This document shows positions 39,911 through 52,765 of a DNA stretch of 64,000 bases, piece by piece. The notes below the pieces were generated by a model. The model ran no database searches and had not been told where the DNA came from. It worked only from the letters and a program-made list of their open reading frames with translations. Each line of letters begins with the position of its first letter. Positions within the stretch are counted from its first letter, which is position 1. Source of the stretch: Octopus vulgaris (Eukaryota); the NCBI GenBank assembly GCA_951406725.2, contig OX597823.1, forward strand, positions 69,254,001 to 69,318,000, written 5' to 3'. Position numbers and translations under genes: made by a program.

Positions 39911-40692
39911 CAAATATCCATACAGGAAATTTGTTTCTCTTCCCACTTTAAGCTTCAGAAGCTGAAGAGAATGCTGTGGAATTTCGTGATATAAAATAGA
40001 GCAATGCTACAATGTTAAGATGTTTAGATTTCGAACTAGTGATCTACTTGAACACTTGAACGAGGTTGTTCGAGCTGCCAGAAATAGGAGTCAAATCTCC
40101 TTTAAATTAAATCGTCTGTCATTCACCAGGGCACACATCTCCACTGGAGAAGTTCTTCTCTCAACTCCGCTTAGCATTATTAGTTAAGTGCAGTATTAGT
40201 TAAGTACTTCGAAGTTAACGAGATTGTTGTTTAGATAACTAAGTGGAATATAACTCAGAATACAGACAGCCGGTAGAAATACCGCCAGACATCCGGCCCA
40301 GCATTTTACAGATCCACCAGTCCACCCCGGAAAGGATAAAATGCAAAGCTCGCAATGACGGCATTTTATCTCAGAGCACAAGGAGTCAGAACAAATATCA
40401 CGAAGCATGTAATTCGATGCTTTCACGACTGTCATTTTGCAGCCTTCGTCATATCCCACCGTCTGAGAATAGGAGACTAGGAAAATGTAAACACAGTTAC
40501 ACAACTCCTGACAAAAAGAAAAAGGAGGGTTGTCAGCTACTGTAAAGTCTTTTGTCATAGCTATATTCAGTTAAATTTGTGCCTAAATGATGACTGGTAC
40601 TATTTATATTTTACAGTTCATATAATGGTATAACCTACAATAAAAATTGTACGAGCAGGAGCTTTCACTTGGTTGCTTGATGTTTGAAATAG

Positions 40693-42302
40693 ATTTACTT
40701 ATTAAGTCACGCAGGGCCGAACACAGAGGGGACAATATAATATAGAATTTTTCTTTTCAAAACCGATCAATAGGGATCGAAAACGTTTTGGGACGTGTAC
40801 ACAAAGGACAACAAAGTATCGTATTAACAAATGAAATTCCCAAACGGCAGAGAAAATAAAACACTGACTATGGTTATCTGTGGAAAGAAAATCCTACGAA
40901 AAAGAACCACGATAACAAAACTTCCCTCTCTACTCTCACCTTTCTTTGCAAGTAATACTTGGAAAGGTTGATGAGAGGTTGGCCAGAGGGGAAAGTATTT
41001 GTCTCTAAGCCTTTCAGGCGAGTCCACCATATACATTCTTTCGCCATAGCCACGATTAAAACTGCGTTGCCTTCTCGGTTAAAGGAAGGTGGCGGGGCAA
41101 TATTTAAAATAGACTCGGCTGACAACCAGACTCGACCCACACGTGACAGCAGCCGTTCAACATAGACCCACAAGGTCTGAAATATTTGGACACTGCACGA
41201 GTGTGAGAAGAACGGTTTCGTCGTTTTCGGGTAAGTCGGTTCGGTGTTTCTTGATCTGTGTCTGTAGAACTTATCTCGATCGGGCAATGCTCCCCGATAG
41301 TACTGCCAGGCCAGGGATCTCTAGAAATTGTCCATAGGTCCTGGCCTGAAACTGGTCCTGGAGAGGCGAGTTAGGTATTCCCTGTCGACGCCCAGAGTCT
41401 CCCCATGAACGTCGTCGCAGCTCCCTTCCACTAATCTTCTATAGAACGCCTTGGTGGAATTGAAATCACACAAGTTTGAACCCGGATGGCAGAGCTGCTC
41501 GAGAGCATGGCAACATTCGCGGTGCTATTCGCCTAGCCTCGACCTCTGCTTGATTCATGATTGCAGTTCAGTCAATGAGACAAGCTGTGGAAAAGCGCGT
41601 CTCACAAACGGTGACCACACATGTACACCATCGTCTATGAAATGCTGGAGATGTCGCAGTCTCAGCGCATGTCTGCGCATCATCAACCACGGCATATCCA
41701 GCCCTCCATTTAGCGGTCGTTGACAGCAAATTGATTATCTAACCATCGGAACGCTGCCCTTCCATAAAAAGCGGAAGTGTATGCGTTCCAGTTTTGTGAT
41801 AGTAGGGTCGGGACAAGGCACGACGCTCAGACAGTAGTAGATGACGGATGCGATGTATGCATTCGCCACCTCAGCCCGACCTTTTAGAGATAACTTCCTC
41901 TCGGCCCATGGTTGAGTGAGAGTGACCATCCTGCTCGTTATCTCATCCCAGTTCTCCATTTGGAGGTCTGGACTGAACCAGATCCCGAGCAATTTAACCG
42001 GTCCATCGGTTCCAGTGTCTCACGATCGAGACGCTGTTGGACGGCATGGGCTTGCTTCCCCAGGTGCCGAACCGCTAGCCCACTGACTTTTTCGGGTTAA
42101 TTTTTCCTTCAGTTACCGATTCGAATTCTTTTAATGTCTCGCCGACCTGGTCAATATGCTTGACACTATGACGATGATATTGTCCACGTATGCAGACACG
42201 CTCCTCTCACATCCCAGTTCTCGCGGGATGTCCCTCAGCGTCGCCAGCTTCCGCAGTAGTGGCTGTAGAGTTGATACATACAGAAGAGAAGAAAGGGGCA
42301 GC
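40693..42302 (-). pseudogene. Tx1/L1-clade LINE, 5'-truncated (RT C-terminal half, decayed CCHC region, 3' UTR)
   Basis: PLSSLLYVSTLQPLLRKL..VSAYVDNI (decayed YADD); LGIWF; WAERKLSLKGRAEVANAYIASVIYY..LERIHFRFLWKG; MPWLMMRRHALRLRHL; GC-rich relative to flanks. Confidence 0.88.
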
Positions 42303-44071
42303 AATGAAACCGAAGACGTCGTTTTAACAAAAATTCTGAAGATCTCAACTGAGACAGCAGAAGACTAATAATTTTACCGTTATTCCTGATAGGCTAACAT
42401 ACCTAACAACGAATGAGATAAACGAGGCGAGAATGTTTCTATAAGTAGTGTGGTGAATGATGTGTATTGGTATTGTCAACTGAGTTCGTATTCATCCACT
42501 GTGTAGAAGCTCCAGGTTTCTGAAGATACTCCTGCAAAAACTATTTAACTAGAAATATGTATTGAGACTGAAGCAAGGAAAGACGTAGGTTAACAAGTTT
42601 TTTTTAAATAATTCTAAACATATTTTAAGCAAATTTTCACAAGGGAATGTTCTCTCCAAGACAAATTGTGGCTTCAATTACGCAAAATTGATTAGAGATA
42701 AAATTCAAGTCTATAGAGGAAAAAAATCGAAAATAAAAGACAACTTTCACAAAATGACAAATTAACAGTCCACCATTCAAGAATTAATGTTCAGTTATTT
42801 CTTCTGCTAATAACATTATGCGTCACCAAAAAATAAACAAACTTATAGATAAATAACTGAATAATAATTGAACACTATAGTATTACTGTAAATGGATGAT
42901 AAAATCCTCATACAATTCAAATATTTAAGTACATTTTTTGCTTTTCTTTGCCTTCTATTTGGTGATTTATTGTCGCTTTGTTGAACTACAAAAGAAATTA
43001 TATGTTATAGACGTTTCACCGTTAATGGAAAGCAACTTTTAATCAGCATAGTAATGCTGGAAAAGAAAAAAGAGCAACAATAGAAGCCGCAAAATTCATT
43101 ATTTATTCATTATTCTTTTATTCAATAATATACACGTATACAGAAAGTATGAAACACGTTTTTAATACACACTATATCTCAAGCTATATACTGCAAGTGG
43201 TAATTTTAATTAATTTTTCCAAATTCTGGAACAATGCTGTTTCGCAGAACCTAACCTAAGTCACCATATAAAAATACAATGGATTTAGAACTGATGCTGA
43301 TTGGAACAATGGCTTCTATAATTTTGATGTCTTCCTTTGTTTTTCTATTTATATATTTTCCACTGTGGCATGGTTTTTATTCATTAACAAATTTCAATAA
43401 TAGCCCAAAGTGAAATCGATATCCCATAACTGTATGATGATTCACATTCTACAAACCAACTTTTATATGAGAACGATTTATTTTAATACTATTTGAAAGC
43501 AAAGCAATTGATGGTATCTTCTCACAATCTTTGCACATATTTGTCTCAGGTACTAAATACGCAGTGATGGAAGTCACTAAGCTAGGCGTAGATATATTAA
43601 TAATTCGTTAAAGCATTGTACGATTGAAAACTATCTTTCTTGATTTCGGTGATTTCCAGTTCTCTTATCAATCAATGAGCAATAACTTCTGAATCTTTAC
43701 TATTGCGGTTCCAGCTAGACATCCCACATATTTTCTAGATAAAAAAAAATTCTGAATTATGCAAGATCAGATGAATTATAGAAATAGCAGAGAAAACCTA
43801 TAGAGCACACACGCACACAAATAAGGACAACCAATACAACATAAACAACAAAAGAAATTACCATAAAAACAAAAAAAGACAAAAAAAGCAATAGCAATAG
43901 AAATAACAAGATCTGAACTTGTAGTAGCTAACTCCTTTCCAACTTGCTTATTGTAGAAAAAAAGAAAAACATGAAAAAGAGAGTTGATGACGTATATAAG
44001 GTTATACAGCGACAAAAAAAGTCGCTTTTTGGCTTAATTTTTTCGTGACCAGATGTTAGTCTGGGATTAAT

Positions 44072-44119
<48 letters not shown>

Positions 44120-44129
44120 CATTTTATCT

Positions 44130-44309
44130 TATTCTTACTTGTTTAAATTATTTGACTGCGGACCGTGCACCACCTTGAATGTTTTCAATGGGACGAATCT
44201 ACTTATTCTATCGGTTTCGTTGTCAAATCGCTACTTCACGGGGCTGTACATAAACTGATACTGGTTGTCAAGTGGTGATGGAAAACACACACACACACAC
44301 ACACACACA

Positions 44310-44342
<33 letters not shown>

Positions 44343-44733
44343 TACCAGCACACACAGCGTACAAACTTTTAGTGATATGCACGCATTCCGTGGCATAGAG
44401 GATATCTGTATAAGAAGTTCGCTTCGCAATCACATTCAGTTCCACTGTATGGCACCCTGGCAAGTGTCTTCCATCATAGCTCCAGGCCGACCAAATTCTT
44501 CTGAATGGATTTGGTCGATGGAAACTGAAAGAAATTTGTTGTATATGTATATATATATATATATATACAACAAATTTCTTTCAGTTTCCATCGACCAAAT
44601 CCATTCAGAAGAATTTGGTCGGCCTGGAGCTATGATGGAAGACACTTGCCCAGGGTGCCATACAGTGGAACTGAATGTGATTGCGAAGCGAACTTCTTAA
44701 CGTACAGATATCCTCTATGCCACGGAATGCGTG
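44130..44733 (-). mobile_element. SINE (family of 58739) whose internal (TA)n carries an inverted duplicate of its own head plus flank
   Basis: 3' half at 44130-44340, head at 44568-44733; 44355-44541 is the reverse complement of 44568-44766. Confidence 0.8.
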
Positions 44734-44734
44734 G

Positions 44735-45110
44735 CAACAAGGTCACTAAAAGAACTTTGTACGCTGAATTGCATCTGGGCAGGTGAAGCCGTGGTGACAA
44801 GAGATTGCAATACGGGGGGGGGGCGAAGAAAAGTATGAAGCAAATCCCCCAAATACCTTGTAGGAGAAGCCCTTACCGCGCGATGAATGGTACTAATCAA
44901 TGAAGCTCGTAATTCCAGGAGAAACAACAGTGGGAATACGGAATACTACACGAGAGGCGTCACTGCTCCATTGTGTCATGTACCTTCACCTGCAGCAGGT
45001 GTCATCGTTGCTGCAGATCAAGAGCAGGCCCTGAAGCCCACATGGGAGCCTGCTAGAGATGATTACTGAACAAAGACAGTCAACGTCAACCTACGACGGA
45101 CAGTTGACCA
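44735..45110 (+). pseudogene. RTE LINE 3' fragment
   Basis: KRTLYAELHLGR*SRG; TFTCSRCHRCCRSRAGPEAHMGAC*; 3' UTR stem gtcaac...gttgac. Confidence 0.7.
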
Positions 45111-45549
45111 CAAATATGAAGGTACTGACTTTGCTGTTATATATCTCCAGGAATAATAATTCTTGGCGTTATATAGCAGCAAATTATTATTATATAATTA
45201 TCAACTGGTTATTCTAATACCTTACTATCTGAGTTCTTGGCCAGTGTTTATACCGCCACCAGCTTAGTCTTCGGATGCCTCTCCAGAGTTGACTCGGTTG
45301 CAAGTATTCAGGCCAGGCCTCTAATTCGAGAATAAATTCTTCCTTTCTGCCAAACGGTCTTAGAGACCCTCAAAGTGTCATAGTGGTCACTTCACTTCTC
45401 CAATTGAGCGGTAAGTATTTTAAAATACCAGGGGAGTGTGATTTAGGAGAATTTTTGCTGTTGATTCTAGAAGGTCCAGCAGAGATGTTGAATGAAGTCA
45501 AGAATATGTATGCTTACTTATCTATGTACCTAAGGCTACGACCTGGAAG

Positions 45550-45750
45550 GATTAAGAAACCGTTGGCCAAAATGCTTAGTGACATTTCGTCTGGCTCTTT
45601 ACGTTCTGAGTCCAACTCTAGCTAAGGTCAAGTTTGCTTTTCCTACTTTGAGTTTCGGTGAAATAAAGCACCAGTTAAGTATTGTAGTTGATGCAATCGA
45701 TTTCTCATCCCTACACAAAACTGCTGACCTTGGGCCAAAATTTGAAAGAA
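45550..45750 (+). mobile_element. Degenerate Meta-like SINE
   Basis: aaatgcttagtgacatttcgtc...acgttctgagtccaact...tttgcttttcc. Confidence 0.65.
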
Positions 45751-46606
45751 TTATCATTCTATCTTACATGTTATTCAGTTTTTCTTTTCTCTCAGCGCTG
45801 CCTTGAGACACATCGTAAGCTCAACCACCTAACGGATTAGTATTATATAAAAACTAGTAGGATCTACATCCTAAGATCTGAATATATTTTAATATTTTCT
45901 TCATTTCCTTGAATATCTTAATTACTCTAATGATTACATTAATTCCTGACTATTTTCTCCCCAGGCGTGTAACTTTTCGATTAAAAGAACAGAGAATTCA
46001 TAGATCTATATGCATGTACATTTTTTAATACAAATATTAAAAGAAAAAGCGTATAGCAAAAAGAAAAAAGAAAAAATGAAATGTAATTTCAAGTCAGGAA
46101 TAGCTACTAAAAGAATTATTCACGTAGAATCACCTGACATTGGTATTGTACATCCTTTGTCTGGTTTTTGAAATAATTCCTTTTCTGTTTTTGTCTTGAA
46201 AAGATTGCCATTCATGGGAGTAACTGCTGGCTTAAATGAAAGAGTTAGAAAGCAGTATCATGTCTACTGCAGCTATTCTGTCTGTTTCAGCCAACAAATA
46301 ATGCAGAGATCGATATCATGTAACTAACTAAAAGGTTGATGAAATAGCTGACTTTTAAGTGAATTCACACAATGAACGAAAACTACTCAAAGAATCCTAT
46401 TTTCAGTACATGTCATTAGTAGAAACAAATTTGGACGAAAATGATAATTGCTTCTGTTTCACCTTATCAAAGACAACACCGAAAACTCCCTCTTTCCCCC
46501 TCTCCCTCCTCTCTCTCTCATGCACGCATACATACACACATTCATAAACACTCAGTTATGCATATGTATGAATATATATATGTATATATATGCATGTATG
46601 CGTGTG

Positions 46607-46673
<67 letters not shown>

Positions 46674-49417
46674 GCATATATATATATATGGCACATATGT
46701 ACATTTTTACATTATATATAGATATTTACACACACAGGCACGCACGCACGCGCGCGCGCATATTCTATTGTTTATCATGTAAGACGATGATCATAGCTTG
46801 AACGTTCTAATCACGGCATCATAGTATAAAGTTCCAAATTGTAATGAGAGAAAAAAAAAATAGCCGAAGCAAACAACAAAAGCTAAAATAAGCAAACGAA
46901 AAAAGAATAAGAAAACAGAATCGTTGTCTGTGGAAGTGTTTTAAAGAGAGATAATCTGGAAATATTCGTAGATGAAAGAAAATTAAAATGTATACAAGAA
47001 AGAAATGCATCACTCAGTAAATATTACACAGAAGCTTTCAGACGTTGAATCTAAATTTGTATTCACTCTCCTAATATCATTTCTATCCTTGCTCATCTTT
47101 GATGATTTCTATACTCTTCCTCCTCCTCCTCCTCCTCCTCCTCCCTGGTTTCTCCTTCCTTCTTTCCTTTCTTTCTTCTCCGCTTCCTACATCTACTCTC
47201 CACCACACTCTATAAATCAGTTGATGGATGAATAAGTCGATGTCGTAAAAAAAAGCAAAAAACAAAAAAAAAAACGTTATTTCATCTTCACCAACGTCCA
47301 AAGTAGCAGCCGAGTTTTGTAAATTAATTAAAAGTTAGTTTTTCTGGAACTGAGTTCATGTAATTCAAAACCTAAATATTAATTAGCAGTTCAATTCCAA
47401 GCGCTTCAAATGAAGTTATCACAATTACAAGCAGTCATAGGACGAGCTAATGTGAGAAAACTCTTTGTTAGAAATGGCTGCCAAATTTCCCTAAAATCTC
47501 ATCCAAACTTGCTCATAAACACAATCCGGCCTGTACTTTCTGTTTGCTAATGTACTTTCTGTTTGCTTCTCCCCCTCTCTTCATTTCTCTCTCTTTCTTT
47601 CTCTTCTCTATATTTGTGTGGAGAGAGAAAAAAGAACAATACAAGAGGACGAAGATACAGAAAGTTTTAATTGGTGTTTATAATGGCCTCTTCTCTTCGG
47701 AAATGGCTGATCTCGAGCTACCTTTAAATACCCCCACCTCACTTGTCTATCCTCCACACACAATTCATATTGTCTTCACCAGCAAATCTTTGTAGCTGTA
47801 TAATTGCAATGTTCACTACTCCATTCCTTCCTTCCTTAACTCTTTGCTTCTTTCCTTCCTTTCTTTCTTCCCTTTCTTCCTTCTTTCTTTCCTTCTTTCA
47901 TAGAGCGCCAATTTCTTTTCTCTTGCAGCCGGCCACTTGCGACGGTTTAATGAGGACCTTGCAAGCACCACTCTTACAGGTTTCCGAAGACTCACAAAAG
48001 CCAGTGGACAGCTTATTCAGTACAATCAATACAATCACTGTATTGTATTAAAAACAAATAGCAGTTAGCTCCATCCATGATGTAGATTGGTTCTTTCAGC
48101 AACGACAGCAAGAGTAAAAGCATCTACCAATGAAACTTCAACGTGGTCGAACGATATACTAGAAACACCAGCCACACCACCCCCAAATCACATCGTATCG
48201 TGAAAAATGTAAGAGAAAATCTCGGACAGTGTACTTCTGGATATAGAAGAAGATATTCGATCTGTATTGATCTAGGGCTAAACAACAAGAGCAAACAAAA
48301 CTAAATGCCTCATCAAACGCAATATTTCAGGACTATTACACGTTCATATTCCACGTTCTGCAAAAAACGTAACAACAACAATAACAACTATAACAATAAC
48401 AATAGCAGAAAAGTAAGTAATATCAAAGTCTGTGTATTTGCAATGTAAACGTTGTTTCAACAACCGATGCAAAACATCAAATGCTTCTTAGTCGACTAAG
48501 AGCATAAATGCTTAACTTACATATTCATGAAGTCTTACAGCAAAAACAAAGTTGTTTGGCTTATTTTTACTGCCGGAATTGTTTGGGATTACCTAACATG
48601 TTTGTGAAAATTATATAAAAGGAAATCATAAGAATGACATGAATTTTCGTTCTTGATTCAAGCGTTTTCAAGATATCCAGAATCTTAGTTCTTGTCGCTA
48701 TATAATCCTTTTAATCCCTTAACGCTTTGAACGTTGCACATGTCAGATTTAGAAGGATAAAATCCTCCTATAAATGACTTGCTTTATAAACGAAGCGATT
48801 TCACAAAATAATCCTTTGGCATCGGCATTTGTAAGAATACAAATGTATATTAATGTTTTCACAAAAGACGCATTTATTCTTATACATGTATACCTTACAA
48901 ATAAATATATCATTAAAAAGAAAAAGAAGAATATAAAGCCCTTTTTGTTTCTCTAGCTTGTGGATTTTAATATTTATTGCACATCAGAAACTGAGTAAAC
49001 ATTGGTTTATTTTTATCTTAACAGAAAAGTACAGGATTTTAAGAGAACAGAATGCAGAGACGACATATGGAACTTATTGTTTTCCAGAAGACATTAGTGA
49101 GGTTGATAAAGTGAAATGACGTAAACCCAGAATTTGAAATTTCCATGTGGTTTGCATTCCACTTTGCCTTTCAGCAGTTTGGCCATTATTGTTGTTAAGT
49201 GAATGGACTCCTTCTGAGGCAGAAGCGTTAGCTTCATTACGCAATCATAAGATCTTGGCCTCGATTCCACTCACTACGTGTCATTTTAAGCAAGTGTGTT
49301 ATTTCAACCTCAGTCGACTCAAACTTGGTGAATAAAATTAGGCGGACGGAAAATAGAAATCCGCCAAAAGGTCATACACACACACGCACACACACACGCA
49401 CACACACACATATATAT

Positions 49418-49504
49418 ATACAGTATACATTTAAACACAAGAAGCATCCATCATTAGGAGTCCTAATGATAGATGCCTCTTATGTGTTTAAATGTATACT
49501 GTAT
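49418..49504. repeat. ~87-bp hairpin next to (TA)n
   Basis: atacagtatacatttaaacac...atcattagga-g-tcctaatgat...gtgtttaaatgtatactgtat. Confidence 0.8.
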
Positions 49505-49519
49505 TTATATGAATAATAT

Positions 49520-49902
49520 TGGAAGCACTCCGTCGGTTACGACGACGAGGGTTCCGGTTGATCCGAATCAACGGAACAGCCTGCTCGTGAAATTAACGTG
49601 TAAGTGGCTGAGCACTCCACAGACACGTGTACCCTTAACGTAGTTCTCGGGGATATTCAGTGTGACACAGAGAGTGACAAGGCCGGCCCTTTGAAGTACA
49701 GGTACAACAGAAACAGGAAGTAAGAGTGAGAAAGTTGTGGTGAAAGAGTACAGCAGGGATCACCACCATCCCCTGCCGGAGCCTCGTGGAGCTTTTAGGT
49801 GTTTTCGCTCAATAAACACTCACAACGCCCGGTCTGGGAATCGAAACCGCGATCCTATGACCGCGAGTCCTCTGCCCTAACCACTGGGCCATTGCACCTC
49901 CC
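49520..49902 (-). mobile_element. Young tRNA-derived SINE (OR1-like)
   Basis: Reverse strand: ggaggtgcaatggcccagtggttagggcagaggactcgcggtcataggatcgcggtttcgattccc...; tail ccctcgtcgtcgtaaccgacggagtgcttccaa; imperfect TSD atgaat(a/g)ata. Confidence 0.85.
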
Positions 49903-50839
49903 ATGAATGATATATTGTCTATTGACTAAATTTTTTTACACGCTAGACCACTGGTAATGGAAATTTCTAATATTTCTGATTACCCTTTGACATATATATA
50001 TATATATTTGTAAAATGTGTGAGATCCTTGGTACATTTAAATATATTTGAAAAAAGAAAAAGAGCGACTTCACTGGCAGTTCTCATCAGTTTAATTTATT
50101 ATTTAAAAAAATTTTAGTAATATAAATTTAGGTGATTAGAGCTACGAGTAAAGTCGTTCTTTTTCTTTTTTCAAATATATATATATATATATATACATGT
50201 GTGTTTGTGTGAATGCCTGTATGTATATGAATATGTATGTGTAATATGTAAGTAAACACCTATACATGATTTTATATATATGTGTATTTATATAAATATA
50301 CCTGCACGTATTTGTGTGTGCGCGCGTGTGTGTGTACATGAACTGGAATTAACAGATAAGCATACAATTTAGTTCTATCAAGATAAAGATTTTCTTCAAA
50401 CGTTGTCAGGAATAATATAATTACGGAATGGTATTGTAAGTCATCATGGGGAATACCAGCATAGAACAGAGAGTATAAGCGTACATGTAGAGTGTGCACC
50501 AACGCCAGAACACGAGAATAAAGAGCATACGGGTTTGTTGCAATTTTCTAATACAAATTAAGCTATAATTGCCAACACAAACTTCAAGAAGCTAATCAAC
50601 CGAACTAACCAGTTGATTATCATCAATCAACTATATTTCAACGTCAAATAGGATTTATAGTGAATGCGCAAAAATTATAGGCACATATGCTTATGGTGTG
50701 TATTTCTGAGAAAGAATTCCTCACCAGCTTTACAATGTTAATTTATGTGTTTAATGTGAATTATGTGACGATAAAGAAAAGAACCCCAGCCCGGCAAAAG
50801 ATGATGTAGTTAATACCAAAATAGATCTAGAAAGATACA

Positions 50840-51259
50840 CTCTTTTACTTGTTTCAGTCATTTGACTGTGGGCATGCTGGAGCACCGCCTTTAGTCGAGC
50901 AAATCGACCCCACCCCCAGCACTTATTCTTTGTAAGCCTAGTACTTATTCTATCGGTCTCTTTTGCTGAACCGCTAGGTTACGGGGACGTAAACACACCA
51001 GCATCGGATGTCAAGCGATTTTGGGTGACAAACTCAGACATAAACGTACACACACATACATACATATATATATACGCACATACACACATATATATACATG
51101 TATATATATGCATATATACGACGGGCTTCTTTCAGTTTCCGTCTACCAAATCCACTCATAAGACTTTGGTAGAAGACACTTGCCCAAAGTGCCACGCAGT
51201 GGGACTGAACCCAGAACCATGTGGTTGGTAAGCAAGCTACTTACCACACAGCCACTCCT
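50840..51259 (-). mobile_element. tRNA-derived SINE with internal microsatellite (family of 58739)
   Basis: Reverse complement matches 58739-59196 over most of its length. Confidence 0.88.
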
Positions 51260-51605
51260 ATGAACAACTACTAAGAATCTAAGCACAAGAAGCAATAATG
51301 AAATTTGATTGCAAAAAAGCACTGGTAGTATAGCGATGAAGTGTTATAAAAAAACAGAGACCTTCAGGAGATAAGTAACAGTCATTGAAGGAGTATTTAA
51401 AAAACAAAACATCAAGGAACTCTCTTTGTCCAATGCTGTATACTGAAGTAGAGAAGAAACAAATAACATGAGGACTGAACGTCTTTGATCGTAGGTTTCG
51501 TAAAATGATAAACAACCACAATGACGACAACAGGTATGTTATTCCTGTACGTTTATTTATCCGGGTGGCGAATCGTAACAGCATCAGACGGTATTTGTGC
51601 CGGTG

Positions 51606-51839
51606 GAAGGCGGCGAGCTGGCAGAAACGTTAGCACGGCGGGCGAAATGCGTAGCCGTATTTCGTCTGCCGTTACGTTCTGAGTTCAAATCCCGCCGAGG
51701 TCGACTTTGCCTTTCATCCTTTCGGGGTCGATAAATTAAGTACCAGTTACGCACTGGGGTCGATGTAATCGACTTAATACCTATGTCTGTCCTTGTTTGT
51801 CCTCTCTGTGTTTAGCCCCTTGTGGGTAATAAAGAAATA
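51606..51839 (+). mobile_element. Young Meta-domain-like SINE with a perfect 16-bp TSD, nested in an older SINE
   Basis: TSD ggtatttgtgccggtg at 51590-51605 and 51840-51855; intact head; gactttgcctttcatcctttcggggtcgataaattaagtaccag. Confidence 0.92.
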
Positions 51840-51984
51840 GGTATTTGTGCCGGTGCTTCTTTAAGAGTGAACAACTTTGATTTTCATCCATTCGGAGCGA
51901 TAATTTAAAGTTCCAGTCAAATACCACGGCTGATATAATTGGCTATAACCCTCTAAAATATAAACTCTCGTATCTATGTTAGAC

Positions 51985-52250
51985 ATCACGCGATCGACCA
52001 GACTATTGAATGTTGTTAGGCATCACTGGTCACAATGCGCTTTTTATCGTTTTAGCTTTCGAATGATGTTACTCCAGTGGCTAGGTGAGCAGGACAACAT
52101 TCCACCTGATAAGAAGGCTAATCCGTCACAGGGTTACCCATTTACAGATCAAGTGTTTTGTTTAAGAACATATTCGTGCTGCTCGGCCCGGGAATCGAAC
52201 CCACGTTCTTGCGATAATGTGTGCAACGCCCTAACCACTAAGCCACGCGC
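51985..52250 (-). mobile_element. tRNA-derived SINE with RTE-derived 3' tail
   Basis: Reverse strand: gcgcgtggcttagtggttagggcgttg...ggttcgattccc; tail matches 36626-36671. Confidence 0.75.
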
Positions 52251-52715
52251 TTATGCTAGACATAGTTACTCTATAATCCATTGAATTATTTACTGTTGCA
52301 TTTAGTTACAAGTTGATCATTGCAACTGGACTATAAAACTTTAACTGTTAAACTAACAAATATGAGAACGTATTTTGATATTGTATGTCTAATATTTCAC
52401 AAAGGTTTGCTGAGGAAGTAAAAATATAATGAAATTCACTAATCTGGCAGACATAAGCCATTCATTAGCCTAGGGTGAATCTTAAACTATACAACATACA
52501 GTTGCTCATAGTTGAAATTGTGTAAAGTAAAAATAAGAAAAAAACTAAGAAATTTAGATATAACTAAAGAGTAAAAAGCAAGATATTAGAGAACTAAATT
52601 TAATACATTTAGAAACAGCTGAAACATTTTTATTTGATTATGGAGGAAACAGAGATAAAGTAAACTTTTCAAATGTTTGATAAAAAAAGTTTTATAATCA
52701 TTTTTGTTGCCGCAG

Positions 52716-52721
52716 TTGTTG

Positions 52722-52765
<44 letters not shown>
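52716..52765. repeat. (GTT)n(GCT)n trinucleotide repeat
   Basis: Direct reading. Confidence 0.9.
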
